Notes under the pieces: model-generated | The model's input: the letters and a program-made list of their open reading frames with translations, nothing else | Database searches by the model: none | What the model was told of the DNA's origin: nothing | Shown: positions 9,691 to 19,937 of the stretch, in pieces | Layout of the letters: every line of letters starts with the position of its first letter | Position numbering within the stretch: position 1 is the first letter of the stretch | Made by a program: the position numbers and the translations under genes | Assembly (NCBI GenBank): GCA_963788655.1 | Contig: CAWBHS010000057.1 | Span: 288,001 to 352,000 of the forward strand | DNA length: 64,000 nt | Source of the DNA: an uncultured Verrucomicrobiae bacterium | Lineage (GTDB): Bacteria; Verrucomicrobiota; Verrucomicrobiia; Limisphaerales; JAFGQR01 | Reading direction: 5' to 3'

Positions 9691-10624
9691 GCCGACGTTG
9701 CCGCGTTTTACTCTTTCCTGCGGTGACTTCAATGTGGCCGGCCACGCGCCACACGTCCGCCCAATCCAGTCGAAGCAATTCCGATGTCCGCAGTCCGGCC
9801 AAACCACCGATGGCAAGCATCGCCTGCATGGAGCCATGGGCCGCTTGCAACAAGTCTTGAAATTCACTTGGCTGGTAGAACTGGACTTCGGCGGTGTTGG
9901 CGCGTTCCGGACGCATCGCTTCGGCTTCGTTCAAGCGGTGCGTCGGCGGCAGGTAGTCTTTGCGAATAGCCCATTGATGGAATTGCCGGATGGCCGCGCG
10001 GTAATGGTTGCGGCTCTTCGCGGAAAAATCACTGAGCGTGCCAATGAAGGCGTCTAAATGTTCCTTGCCCAGGTCGCAGACGGCGGTGTTAGGGAACGTG
10101 TCGGCGAATTTACGGAGCTGGATTTCCCGATTGTAGGCATATTTTGAGGAGAGTTGCGCCCGCTGACCGTTGGTAGCACGGGTTCTGGGTGCGATGGAAC
10201 CTAGAAACTCCGTCACGGCTTCGTTGATGTCTTTGCGCCCGACATTGGCAACCGTGCGCAGATAGCCGGTGACGGCCTCGCCCAGCGTACGCCCGCCCAG
10301 TTTGACCGCCGCCTCGGCAAACTCAGAAACAGCAGCCAATAGGGAGACGCGACGCCCAGTGGACTGGTAGAAGCCTTGCAGCCGTTCAAATGCGGCAAGG
10401 GCGTCGCGGGACTGAGAGGCGGTGAGGGCGACCGCTTGCGAGCCCTTAGCCAATTCGCGCACGGCCCGCTCGGCGGCTGCGCGGGCTTCCGAATAGGCAG
10501 CGAAAGTTTGCATCCGGCGTTTGCCTGCAACGCTATAAGCGACCCGGTAGTAATTGAACTTTCCGCTTCGAGCGTAGATTTTCGCCTGGCTATTGCGATG
10601 GCGGATGGTGACGGGAAACTTCAC
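9690..10624 (-). pseudogene. int: C-terminally truncated tyrosine integrase
   Basis: LAGLRTSELLRLDW and KSKT present; sequence breaks into the hsdR fragment before the HxxR and catalytic Tyr motifs. Confidence 0.85.
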
Positions 10625-10647
10625 TCGACGGTCAGAAGTTCGGGGTG

Positions 10648-10669
10648 AATTCTGTGCAAATTCTGTGCA
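10648..10669. repeat. 11-bp tandem direct repeat, possible integrase arm-type site
   Basis: AATTCTGTGCA x2 between the tRNA 3' end and the integrase start. Confidence 0.55.
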
Positions 10670-10705
10670 AGATTGTTGAGGATTACCGTTATCCTCAGTG
10701 TTTTT

Positions 10706-10790
10706 TGGTGCGCATAGCAGGACTTGAACCTGCACGGGTTTCCCCACTACCACCTCAAAGTAGCGCGTCTGCCAATTCCGCCATATGCGC
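10706..10790 (-). tRNA. tRNA-Leu(GAG)
   Basis: GCGCATA acceptor stem, anticodon arm CTACT-TTGAGGT-GGTAG, long variable arm, GGTTCAAGTCC T-arm, encoded CCA; 85 nt. Confidence 0.97.
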
Positions 10791-10976
10791 AAGCTGCGGC
10801 GCTTAATGAACCAACCCAAACCGGAATCTGCAAGCCCGAAATATCGGTCCGTCCCCGGCAATTGACCGGAGGCCCTCGAGGTCGAGGCGGCCCGGCCAAG
10901 AGGTGACTGCCGCGGCCGCCGATTTTGTCGCAGATTTGCTATGGCGTTTTGGGCGGCGCCTGCTTATTCTTTGGGC

Positions 10977-12368
10977 ATGCCAGAAAAGAAAATGAACCAG
11001 ATCCCGCGGGATTTGCGGGAGCTTTTTCAGAAGGGCATGGCAGCGTTGCAGCGGCAAAACTACGATTATGCCATTGCCATTTTTAATCAGGTGCTGACCC
11101 GCGAGCCGGGGTTTTTCGACTGCCGGCAAAGTCTGCGGGCGACCCAGTTCAAAAAAGCCGGCGGCGGCACGACCTTTTTCAAGAAAATGTTCGGCGGCGC
11201 CAATCCCAATCTCGCCAAAGCCAAGCTGGTGATGCAGAAAGATCCGGCCGAAGCCATGGCCGTCCTCGAACAGGTGCTCAACAGTGATCCGCCCAACACG
11301 GGAGCCCACAAAATGATGGCCGACGCCGCGTTGGCTGCGGGTTTTCCGCTCACCGCCTGTTTGTCGCTGGAGATCCTGTTGAAAGGCTCCAACAAAGACT
11401 TCGATTTGGCCATGCAATACGGCGCGGCGCTGCGGGCCAGCGGGCAAATTGAAAAGGCCGAAACGGTTTATACGGACCTGGCCCGGCAGTATCCCAACAA
11501 GGGCGAAGTGACCCAGGCGCTCAAAGATCTTTCCGCCAAGCGCACGTTGCAGGAAGGCGGTTATGACGCCCTGTCCGACGGTTCCGGTTCCTATCGCGAC
11601 ATCTTGAAAAACAAGGAGGAAGCCATCGCCCTGGAACAAGAAAAACGCGAAGTCAAAACCGAGGACGTGGCCAACCGGTTGATCCAGGAATATGAAACGC
11701 GATTGGCCACCGAACCCGGCAACGTCAAGCTGATGCGCAACGTGGCCGAGCTTTACGCGCAAAAACAGGACTTCAACCGGTCCCTTGAGTATTATGAAAA
11801 GATCCGGTCCACAGCCAGCGGCGCGGACGCGTCCCTCGAAAAGGCGATTGCGGAAACCACGTTGCGTAAATTCGATTACGAGGTCGAACAGCTTGATCCC
11901 AACGCGCCCGACTATGACGCCCAAGTGGCCCAACTTCAGGCGCAGCGAACCGAGTTTCAACTCCGCGAATGCCAGGCCCGGGCCGAAAAATATCCCACCG
12001 ACCTGCAAATTCGGTTCGAACTGGGTCGGTTGCTATTTGATGCCGGCAAAATCAGCGATGCGATCCAGGAATTGCAGAAAGCCCAGGCCAATCCCCAACG
12101 TCGCTTGCAAGCGATGAGTTTGCTGGCGCAGTGTTTTGCCAAACGCGGCATGAACGATATGGCCGCTCGGAAATTCCAAGAAGCCTTGAAAGAAAAACTG
12201 GTCTTCGACGAAGAGAAGAAGGAACTGATCTATAATCTGGGCTGTGTGTACCAGAAGACCGGCAAAGCCGAGGAAGCCATCGAGCAGTTCAAACAAATCT
12301 ACGAAGTGGACATCGGCTACAAGGACGTTGGCGCGAAAGTCGATGCCTATTATTCGAGCCAGGGTTGA
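10977..12368 (+). CDS. Tetratricopeptide repeat protein
   Basis: Repeated helical TPR patterns (e.g. YNLGCVYQKTGKAEEAIEQFKQI). Confidence 0.85.
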   Translation: MPEKKMNQIPRDLRELFQKGMAALQRQNYDYAIAIFNQVLTREPGFFDCRQSLRATQFKKAGGGTTFFKKMFGGANPNLAKAKLVMQKDPAEAMAVLEQVLNSDPPNTGAHKMMADAALAAGFPLTACLSLEILLKGSNKDFDLAMQYGAALRASGQIEKAETVYTDLARQYPNKGEVTQALKDLSAKRTLQEGGYDALSDGSGSYRDILKNKEEAIALEQEKREVKTEDVANRLIQEYETRLATEPGNVKLMRNVAELYAQKQDFNRSLEYYEKIRSTASGADASLEKAIAETTLRKFDYEVEQLDPNAPDYDAQVAQLQAQRTEFQLRECQARAEKYPTDLQIRFELGRLLFDAGKISDAIQELQKAQANPQRRLQAMSLLAQCFAKRGMNDMAARKFQEALKEKLVFDEEKKELIYNLGCVYQKTGKAEEAIEQFKQIYEVDIGYKDVGAKVDAYYSSQG

Positions 12369-12373
12369 CCATC

Positions 12374-13300
12374 TTACTTGTCGCGCTGCAACAAATAGGT
12401 GGCCAGCGCTTCGAGCGCCTGCGCTTTTCCGCGAAAAACTTTCAAAGCTTGAAACGCCCGTCCAGTCAATTGATGGGCAATCTGGCGCGATTTCTCCAAT
12501 CCCAGGATTGCCGGATAGGTGGCTTTGCGGGCGGCCGTGTCTTTGCCCGCGGTCTTGCCCAATTGTTCGCTGGTTTGGGTGACATCCAGGATGTCGTCGA
12601 TGACCTGGAACGCCAATCCGACGTGATAGCCGAAATCCGCGAGCGCCTTCAGTTGGGCGGGCGGGCAATTGGCGCTCATGCCGCCCAGTTTAACGGAACA
12701 GCCGAGCAAGGCGGACGTTTTACGCTCGTGAATGTAACGCAGTTCCGGCACGGACAGCGACCGGCCTTCCCCTTCCAAATCCGCCACCTGGCCCGCCACC
12801 AGTTGCCGCGAGCCAGCCGCCCGGGCCAATTCGAGGATGATTTGCTGATGCGAATACCGGCGGTTACTCCGGCATTGGGCGGCGATCTCGAAGGCTTGGG
12901 TGAGCAATCCGTCGCCGGCCAGGATGGCGATGCCTTCGCCGAACACCTTGTGGTTGGTGGGTTTGCCCCGGCGGAAATCATCATTGTCCATCGCGGGCAA
13001 ATCGTCGTGGATGAGGGAATAGGTATGAATGCATTCCACCGCGCACGCCAGCGGCAGGGCGTCTTCTTCCCGCCCGCCGCAGGCCTGCGCGGCCGCCAGA
13101 CAAAGCGCCGGCCGCATGCGTTTGCCACCGGCAAACAGCGAATACCGCATGGCCTTATGAATGGTGGGGGGCCGCGCGCTCGCCTTGGGCAGGAAGCGGT
13201 CCAAAGCCTGGTTGACCGTCTTCATCCGCGATTCCAGATAGTCGGCCAGGTTGAATAACCGGGCGGTGGGCGCCTTAGCGCCTTTGTTAGTGGCTGCCAT
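12374..13300 (-). CDS. ispA: Farnesyl/geranylgeranyl diphosphate synthase
   Basis: GGKRMRP, LIHDDLPAMDNDDFRRG, FQVIDDILD, GKTAGKD. Confidence 0.95.
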   Translation of the reverse strand: MAATNKGAKAPTARLFNLADYLESRMKTVNQALDRFLPKASARPPTIHKAMRYSLFAGGKRMRPALCLAAAQACGGREEDALPLACAVECIHTYSLIHDDLPAMDNDDFRRGKPTNHKVFGEGIAILAGDGLLTQAFEIAAQCRSNRRYSHQQIILELARAAGSRQLVAGQVADLEGEGRSLSVPELRYIHERKTSALLGCSVKLGGMSANCPPAQLKALADFGYHVGLAFQVIDDILDVTQTSEQLGKTAGKDTAARKATYPAILGLEKSRQIAHQLTGRAFQALKVFRGKAQALEALATYLLQRDK

Positions 13301-13420
13301 GGCCAGGGTTGTATGAAAAGAACCGCCGCCAGCGCAAGTGCAGATTGGTGAATTTTTCTATTGCGTTCACGGGCAGGCCCATTAGTTTAACCCGCTTTGA
13401 TTTATTGATTTGAGAAACTT

Positions 13421-13684
13421 GTGAACGCAGAACTTTGCAGACTAGCATTGGCGAAAGTGGGCAACCCCAATACGCTCATCAACTTGGTTTCCCGGCGCGT
13501 CCGCCAACTGACCGCCGGCGGTGGCGGGATCAGCCGGCCGTTGGTGGAGGACACCACCCACATGGGCGCGGCCGATATCGCCTTGCGTGAATTGATCGAG
13601 GACAAGATGAGCTGGGAAACGCTGGAAGAATTGCAATTGCTGGAGGCCGCGACGCCGAAGCGGCGGCGCAAATCCGCCTCCTAA
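13421..13684 (+). CDS. rpoZ: RNA polymerase omega subunit
   Basis: LINLVSRRVRQL...DIALREL, 87 aa, upstream of smpB. Confidence 0.8.
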   Translation: MNAELCRLALAKVGNPNTLINLVSRRVRQLTAGGGGISRPLVEDTTHMGAADIALRELIEDKMSWETLEELQLLEAATPKRRRKSAS

Positions 13685-13709
13685 CGTTCGCAGCCAATTT
13701 CACGAACCG

Positions 13710-13735
13710 CAGCCAGAAGGGCTTCCTTCTGGCTG
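13710..13735. other. 11-bp stem-loop between rpoZ and smpB
   Basis: CAGCCAGAAGG-GCTT-CCTTCTGGCTG; only a weak U-tract follows. Confidence 0.5.
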
Positions 13736-13744
13736 GTTCTATTT

Positions 13745-14203
13745 ATGGCCGAAATTGCTAAAAACGCGAAGGCGCGCCGCGACTATCACATCCTTGATAC
13801 CTTTGAGGCGGGCATCGTCTTGAAAGGTACCGAAGTCAAATCGTTGCGCGGTGGGCACGGTCAGATTCGGGACGCGTACGCCACGGTGGATGGCGAAGGG
13901 GAACTGTGGCTGCACAACGCGCACATTGACGAATACAGTTTCGGCAACTGGCAAAACCACCAGCCCAAAGCCCCGCGCAAACTGCTGCTGCACAAAAGCG
14001 AGATTCGCAAACTCTTTGGTCTGGCCTCGGTGAAGGGCCACGCCATTGTGCCGCTCTCCATGTATTGGAAAAACGGCAAAGTCAAAGTCTTGCTGGGCGT
14101 TGGCAAAGGCAAGGCCGAATACGACAAACGCGAAGCCATCAAACGCCGGGACGCTGACAAGCAATTGCGCCAAGTAACGATGCACCGGCTCAAGCGGGGG
14201 TGA
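13745..14203 (+). CDS. smpB: SsrA-binding protein
   Basis: NAKARRDY, EAGIVLKGTEVKSLR, RKLLLHK, YDKRE. Confidence 0.98.
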   Translation: MAEIAKNAKARRDYHILDTFEAGIVLKGTEVKSLRGGHGQIRDAYATVDGEGELWLHNAHIDEYSFGNWQNHQPKAPRKLLLHKSEIRKLFGLASVKGHAIVPLSMYWKNGKVKVLLGVGKGKAEYDKREAIKRRDADKQLRQVTMHRLKRG

Positions 14204-14262
14204 AGCGGCAGCAAACCCGAAATCCGAAAGCTGAGTCCGAAGTGCCCCGGCGCTGCTATTAA

Positions 14263-14408
14263 CACTACCGCGACACTTTCACCGATAGGCGCGCGGCCTT
14301 TAGGCCGCTTCAAGCACCCAAGGCCAATCAGCGGCTTGCGGGATAGGACGGTGAAGCGGCGTAAACGCCGCGCTCCTGCCGCGATTCGCCGGAACTTTCG
14401 CTGTAGTG
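14263..14408. mobile_element. 146-bp MITE, copy 1
   Basis: Imperfect CACTAC...GTAGTG TIRs, TTAA on both flanks; inverted relative to copies 2 and 3. Confidence 0.85.
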
Positions 14409-14452
14409 TTAAATCTCGGATTTCGGGTTTCTTTCGGCCTTCGGATTCTGCC

Positions 14453-16821
14453 TCACTGCTTCGGCCAATTCAGATGCCGGCGGAGAAAGTCGAACGTGCC
14501 GACACCATGGATCGTGTGCGGTCCGTCGAAGAACTCGATATCGGTGCGGTCGGTAATGCCCAGTTGCGCATAGAACGCGCCGCACTTTGGCAAATTCGTA
14601 AGCCACCCATTCGTCCGGCGCCACGCCGTCATGATGACCGCGTTCGACCATGAACGGCCGCGGCGCAATCAACGCCGCCATCTCCGCGTAGTTGAACGTG
14701 TGGCCCAGGTCGAATTCCGGCATCTCGTATTCGCCAGTGAACAGGTAGCTGTAAGGCGAAGTCCACGGTGGCGTTCTTCGTCATCCATTCATTGAAATCC
14801 CCAGAACAAATCGAGAGGCAATAGCGGTCCAACACGGCCGGCACGCGCATGGCCGTTTTGCCGCCGTACGACAGACCCGTAGAAGGCAATGCGTTGCGGA
14901 TCGACAAACGGTTGTTCGGCTCAGCCAGTCCAGAATGCGTTCGTGCTGGGCGATGATGACGGAGAACAATGATTTCTTCAGCGGATTGGCTTTGCGTTGG
15001 AGTACCCGGAACGCGTCGTTGCCACGATACGGATTATGGGGCGCGAACACAATATAACCGCGCTCGGCCAGGCGCGCCGCAAAAGCCTGGTAAGCCCGAT
15101 AAGCCGCCGGCGTTCGGATCGTCCGTGATGGTGTCATACGGCAGCCCTTCCAGCCCATGCTGACACACCACCACCGGACGGCGTTCTCCCGGTTGCAGAT
15201 CCTTGGGCAACAGCAGCACCCCCCAGGCAAACACATCCGGCCAGACATCGAGCACGACATCGTAACCCCGCCACGATGGCTGGTCGTAAACCAGGCGGGT
15301 TCGCGCATTGGCCGGCAGGGAAGCGGGTGGAAAACGCCCAATGACGTCTTCCCAGAACTTGGTTTTCCAAGCCGCAACCGCGGTCTGCCAATCCGCTGCC
15401 GAAGTGGCATTGATATGCCGCCAGAACTTCTGATCGCGAGTTTGTTCGCACCAAGCCAACAAGCGTTGAGTGTGGTCCACCAGTTCCGTTACCTGCCGGT
15501 GCTGGCGTTCATCGGGATCAAATCCCTGACGCAGATCAACCGGGGCTTTGCCGTTGGGAACGAGGTCGCGAGTGGGCACTTTAAGTGCCGCCAACAAAGA
15601 CCGCAGCGCCGGCGCTGACCCCGGCCCCATGACCACACCTTCGTTGCCATAAACAAAATCAACGAACGAATCGACCAGCGGTTGCACCAAACGGTTCGCG
15701 CGTTTGACCTCGATTTCGGCACGACTAAAGTCCGGCGTTGTCCACTTGCCCGGCGCGGCCCCGCGGCGGCCGCCTTGGGGAGCAGGCGGACCTTCGATAT
15801 CCGGCGCCTGACTATATTCCACGATCAGCGAACGCGGGGCAATCAGGCTGGCAATTTCCGCATCCCCAAACTCGCGCAACAAGCCAAACACATTTCGGTA
15901 GATCGGTTCTTCCCAGACGCGCTGGCGCGAGTCGAAGTAACCGCTGACCACTGTGGCATCGATACGCGGATCGAGCGCCGCGGCGTAGAATCCGATCAGA
16001 GCCCCTTCCCCGTAGCCGGCTACGCCAATCTTGGGATGCCGCGCCGCGGACGGGCCACCTTCGGAACCGCCACGGGCAAACCAGTCCACCGCCGCCAGGA
16101 CTTTTTGCACTTCGTAGCCAATGATGTGGCGCCCCAGTTCGTACGCCTGACGATAAATCCATTCGCGGTGCGGCTGATTGGTGAAGCGGCCAATTCGGGC
16201 GGTCCCCGACCAAGTATCCCGGCGGTCCACCAGGGTGAGCACCAGGACTTCGCAGCCATTTTCGGCCAACCGGCGGGCAAACTGTTTTTCGCTGGGAACA
16301 CCCAGCGCCAGGCCGGAAATCATTTCCGGCGTTTGATCGGCATCGGGAATGGCCACCACGTCGGCAACCGCCTCGGTTTTGGGCTTGAGCCACAAGCCTT
16401 CGCCATAAACTCCCGCGAACACTGGCCACCGCACGGCATAGACCACGTATTGATCTGCCTCGGCCACCTTGGCGGACGTGATCGTGCTGTTGACATATTC
16501 CAAGGCCGGAACCGGCACGCACGAGTCCACCGCGCCAATGATGGTGCGCAGATGCTCGCGATTGGGTTCAACGGACTTTTCATAAGCTGCGCGTGAGGAA
16601 AAATCCCGATGCCACAAGTTCGTTCGCTCGTCGATGGACCGTTCGAGCTCGCGCATGAGGAAGCGGTCAATGCCGGCAACCATGCGGGCGGATAGATCGC
16701 CCTGCCAATCGAGGGGTTGCGTACCGGCGAGCGGAGCGTTGGCCGGTCCCTGGGCGCCAAGCGATAGCGGGGCCAACCCAGCCACGAGCGCAACCGTTTG
16801 GAGATAGCGTTTCAGTTGCAT
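14453..16821 (-). CDS. Secreted tandem alpha/beta-hydrolase (dienelactone hydrolase/esterase-like), frameshifted
   Basis: Signal peptide; GYGEG and GLSYGG nucleophile-elbow motifs, CQHGLEG; assembled from 5 ORF pieces. Confidence 0.8.
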
Positions 16822-17004
16822 GCAGTGTTCATGCAGGCTAGGCAGGAAGCGCCGGCACGTCGAGCGTGGATTATGGTGCGGTGGCATTTGTGTCGGTGCG
16901 AATCAAAGACCAACGATTGAGCCGGATCCGAAGCCCAGACATGAATGGGGCTTGTGTTTCCAGAAAAGTGTTTGTTCCGAGCGCCGAGTTTTGGATGGCT
17001 CCCT

Positions 17005-17077
17005 TTCACCGCCAAGGCACGAAGGGCGCAAAGGATATTGGCAAGCACCTTTGCGCCCTTCGTGCCTTGGCGGTGAA
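17005..17077. repeat. Perfect 30-bp inverted repeat with 13-nt loop
   Basis: TTCACCGCCAAGGCACGAAGGGCGCAAAGG and its exact reverse complement. Confidence 0.95.
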
Positions 17078-17185
17078 TCAGACCATCCGCCCGCAGTCGT
17101 AACGGTCCAAGCCGATCTTCGCGTCACCGGGAGGTGCGGCTTGCTTTCCCGTGGATCATCACGGTTGGAGAACTTGAGCACGCTG

Positions 17186-17209
17186 CCGCCTGAAGGCGGG
17201 ACTCCAAAC
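17186..17209 (-). repeat. Solo REP-like unit (family B)
   Basis: Reverse complement GTTTGGAGTCCCGCCTTCAGGCGG is identical to 3470-3493. Confidence 0.85.
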
Positions 17210-17236
17210 CGAGCAGGGCTCAAACTGCGCGACCAA

Positions 17237-17995
17237 TCACTCGCGCGCCCGCAGCGTGCGGAGGCGGTCGCGGAGGGTGGCGGCCCGTTCGAATTCCTGG
17301 GTGGAGATCGCCTGTTCAAGCTCCTTTTCCAAACGCTCGAGCTCGGTCAGTGGGCGGGTTTGTTCGAGCTGGGTGGCCAATTCTTTGAGCGCCGTCAGGG
17401 ATCGTTGGTTTTCAAAGCAAAACGTCTCGTCATCCAACTCGGGTAAATGTTCGATGTCGCAAACAGCTTCCCGGATGATGGATTGGGCGGCGGCGTAACG
17501 TTGCTCGTTCAGCTCGATCATGGCCCGCGCAATGGCGTTCATCCGCAGCAGATAGGGCCGCCACCGTTCGAGATACTCCTGATCGTCTTCCTGGGAGGCA
17601 TACCGATGGACGAAATCAAACACGCGGAGATTGCGCGCCGTGTCGCGCTCGGTCAGCGCCCATTCCTTGAGCTGAAACAACTGCAGATAGCGATAGTAGT
17701 AAAGTGTTCCCTCTTGAAACAACTCCTCGCAGTCCGTCGGATTGAGTTCGAACAGTTCCTCCTTGCCCGCAGCCCGGACTTGCTTCAATCGCTCGAGGTG
17801 ATGATCCAGCAGCGATTCGCAACCGTGGGGCTTGAGGCCATCGGGCCGACCGTCCAATTCATATTGTTCAAGTCCCATCGGCAGCCGCACTTGCACTACC
17901 CAGCGCCCGCCGGCCAATTGCACGAGACGCGCATCGTCGTCCGGGTCATAAGGCCAGGAATCCAGCAACTCGCGGAGGTCGGTCGATTGGCTCAC
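17237..17995 (-). CDS. UvrB/UvrC-motif-containing protein
   Basis: C-terminal LEQAISTQEFERAATLRDRL UVR motif. Confidence 0.8.
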   Translation of the reverse strand: MSQSTDLRELLDSWPYDPDDDARLVQLAGGRWVVQVRLPMGLEQYELDGRPDGLKPHGCESLLDHHLERLKQVRAAGKEELFELNPTDCEELFQEGTLYYYRYLQLFQLKEWALTERDTARNLRVFDFVHRYASQEDDQEYLERWRPYLLRMNAIARAMIELNEQRYAAAQSIIREAVCDIEHLPELDDETFCFENQRSLTALKELATQLEQTRPLTELERLEKELEQAISTQEFERAATLRDRLRTLRARE

Positions 17996-18064
17996 GGGAT
18001 CAACTCAACGGATCACAAATCACGGCGAACATGGTTCACGCAACCAGCCAGCAGGCTCCCGCTT

Positions 18065-19057
18065 TCACCGGCGGCCGACGGCATCGATGACTCCTTTGCA
18101 TTTGATGCAGGCGTCGTAGGGATCGGGGACTTCCCATTCGTCCACCATGATCCAGCCGCGGAAGCCGCCGTCGCGCAGCAACCGCAACGCTTTCGTGCAA
18201 TCCGTGTGTCCGGCCCCGCATGGCAAATGCGTGGAAGTGCCGCCGTCGCGGAGCGTGCCGTCAGTGTCGCAAAACTGCACGTAACCGATGTTCTTCACGC
18301 CGACCCGTTGCAGCATTTCTTCGGGTCGGCCCGTCGAACCGGTCATCAGGTCAAAATGGCTGGGATCGTAAATGCCTTTCAACGCCGGGTGATTCGCCCC
18401 GTGCAGAATGCGCAGGTAATGATCCTCGGTGTTGAACACAAACACGGGCTCGAGTTCGAAGCACGCCAACAGTCCCTGGTCCGCGGCCATCTTGCCGGCC
18501 TCGTGAAACGTGTGCGCCAAGCGCTCGATGGCCTGGTCAAGCGTCTGGCTGCGCAAGCCACCACCCGGCCACATCCCGACGCACGCGCAGCCCAATTGCT
18601 TGGCCAGTCGCAGGCGATCGCCCAAATCGTTCAGCCAGTTCTGTCGCACCGTGCGATCGGGATCGAAGGCGCCGCCCGCGCCCAATTGAATCGAGAAGAT
18701 GGTCAAACCGTAGAGATCGTAGAGCCGGCGCAACGCGCGAACGCGTTCCGTTTCACCGGCGGCGGGATAGCCGCCCGAGGGCCAGTCTGACACCAGTTCC
18801 ACGCCGTTGAAACCGTGGCGGGAAGCAAAGTCCAGGAGCTCCCAGATCGGATAGTTTTTCCTGTATTTGTGCGAACCCGACTGGAAGCCATTCAGCCCGA
18901 CGGCGGTTTTCCAGACGGAAGCCGGCTCGGCGGCGGAACTATGAGCGGTAAAGGCCGGCAGTGCGAGGGCGCCGCCCAGCAGTTGGAGAGCGGTTCGTCG
19001 CGGCATGCCCGGGCGGATTTCCGTCGTAGCTTGGTGGATAGGATGTTCTGGCGTCAT
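18065..19057 (-). CDS. Sugar phosphate isomerase/epimerase (xylose isomerase-like TIM barrel), Tat-exported
   Basis: PRRTALQ twin-arginine leader; GFNGVEL, FELEP, YDPSH, IMVDEW. Confidence 0.85.
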   Translation of the reverse strand: MTPEHPIHQATTEIRPGMPRRTALQLLGGALALPAFTAHSSAAEPASVWKTAVGLNGFQSGSHKYRKNYPIWELLDFASRHGFNGVELVSDWPSGGYPAAGETERVRALRRLYDLYGLTIFSIQLGAGGAFDPDRTVRQNWLNDLGDRLRLAKQLGCACVGMWPGGGLRSQTLDQAIERLAHTFHEAGKMAADQGLLACFELEPVFVFNTEDHYLRILHGANHPALKGIYDPSHFDLMTGSTGRPEEMLQRVGVKNIGYVQFCDTDGTLRDGGTSTHLPCGAGHTDCTKALRLLRDGGFRGWIMVDEWEVPDPYDACIKCKGVIDAVGRR

Positions 19058-19256
19058 ATCCAAAGCTTTGCAAACCACGCGTGCGGCTGTCAAAAGCTTA
19101 AATTCGCCAACCAATGGGCATTTGCCCACGAGTCCTTAACCAAATATTTCACACACGTCGTCGGCTATAGGTTGTTCGTGTTTTAAGTTCAGTGGGAAAC
19201 ATCCGGGTTAAGGAGTAAGCTTGCCTACCACACCCCCGACTGATAAACCCTGGCCC

Positions 19257-19890
19257 ATGAAACGCATTTCTTTATTCGCATTGGCCCTGGTGACCGCGTG
19301 CAGTTTTCAACTGGCGGCCGCCGAGTCGGAAGCAGGCTTTGTCAGCTTGTTTGACGGGAAGACCTTCAATGGTTGGAAGAAGGCCGTGGAACATCCGGAC
19401 ACGTGGAAAATCGAGGATGGCGCACTCGTCGCCCACGGTGATCGCAATCATCTTTTCTACGTGGGCGATCTTGCGCCGTTCAAAAACTTTGAACTGCGCG
19501 TGGAGGTGATGACCAAGCCAGGCTCCAATGGCGGCATCTATTTCCACACCAAATACCAACCGGACGGCTGGCCGAAATACGGTTTTGAAACGCAGGTCAA
19601 CAACACCCACGGCGATTGGAAAAAGACCGGCAGCATTTACGACGTGGTCAACGTCCGCGAATCCGCCGCCAAGGACAACCAATGGTGGACCCAGGACATC
19701 ATCGTGAATGGCAACCGGGTGCATCGTGAAGATCGACGGCAAGACGGTTGTGGACTACACCGAGCCACCGGGAACCAAGCCGGGCAAAGATTTTACCCAC
19801 AAATTGGACGAAGGCACTTTCGCTCTGCAGGGCCACGATCCGAACAGCACAATTTATTACAAAAACATTCGGGTGAAGCGGCTGCCGTAG
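19257..19890 (+). CDS. DUF1080 (3-keto-disaccharide hydrolase family) protein, one frameshift near 19720
   Basis: [35 protein letters not shown]. Confidence 0.88.
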
Positions 19891-19937
19891 TGCAAAGTCC
19901 AGATTGGATTTTTTTATTTGAACGATCACCGCTTGCT

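Larger units (their letters stand above)
1..10705. mobile_element. Decayed tRNA-Leu-anchored genomic (defence) island; left boundary outside window
   Basis: Tyrosine integrase directly downstream of the tRNA 3' end, RM/TA cargo and several gene stubs; core genes resume beyond the tRNA. Confidence 0.8.

Noticed and set aside
9635..10861. 408-aa integrase ORF as listed
   Set aside because: Its first 79 codons run through the tRNA and its tail is antisense hsdR; the real portion is about 9690-10624.
14204..14450. tmRNA next to smpB
   Set aside because: No tRNA-like ends or tag frame; the region is explained by the MITE and inverted repeat.
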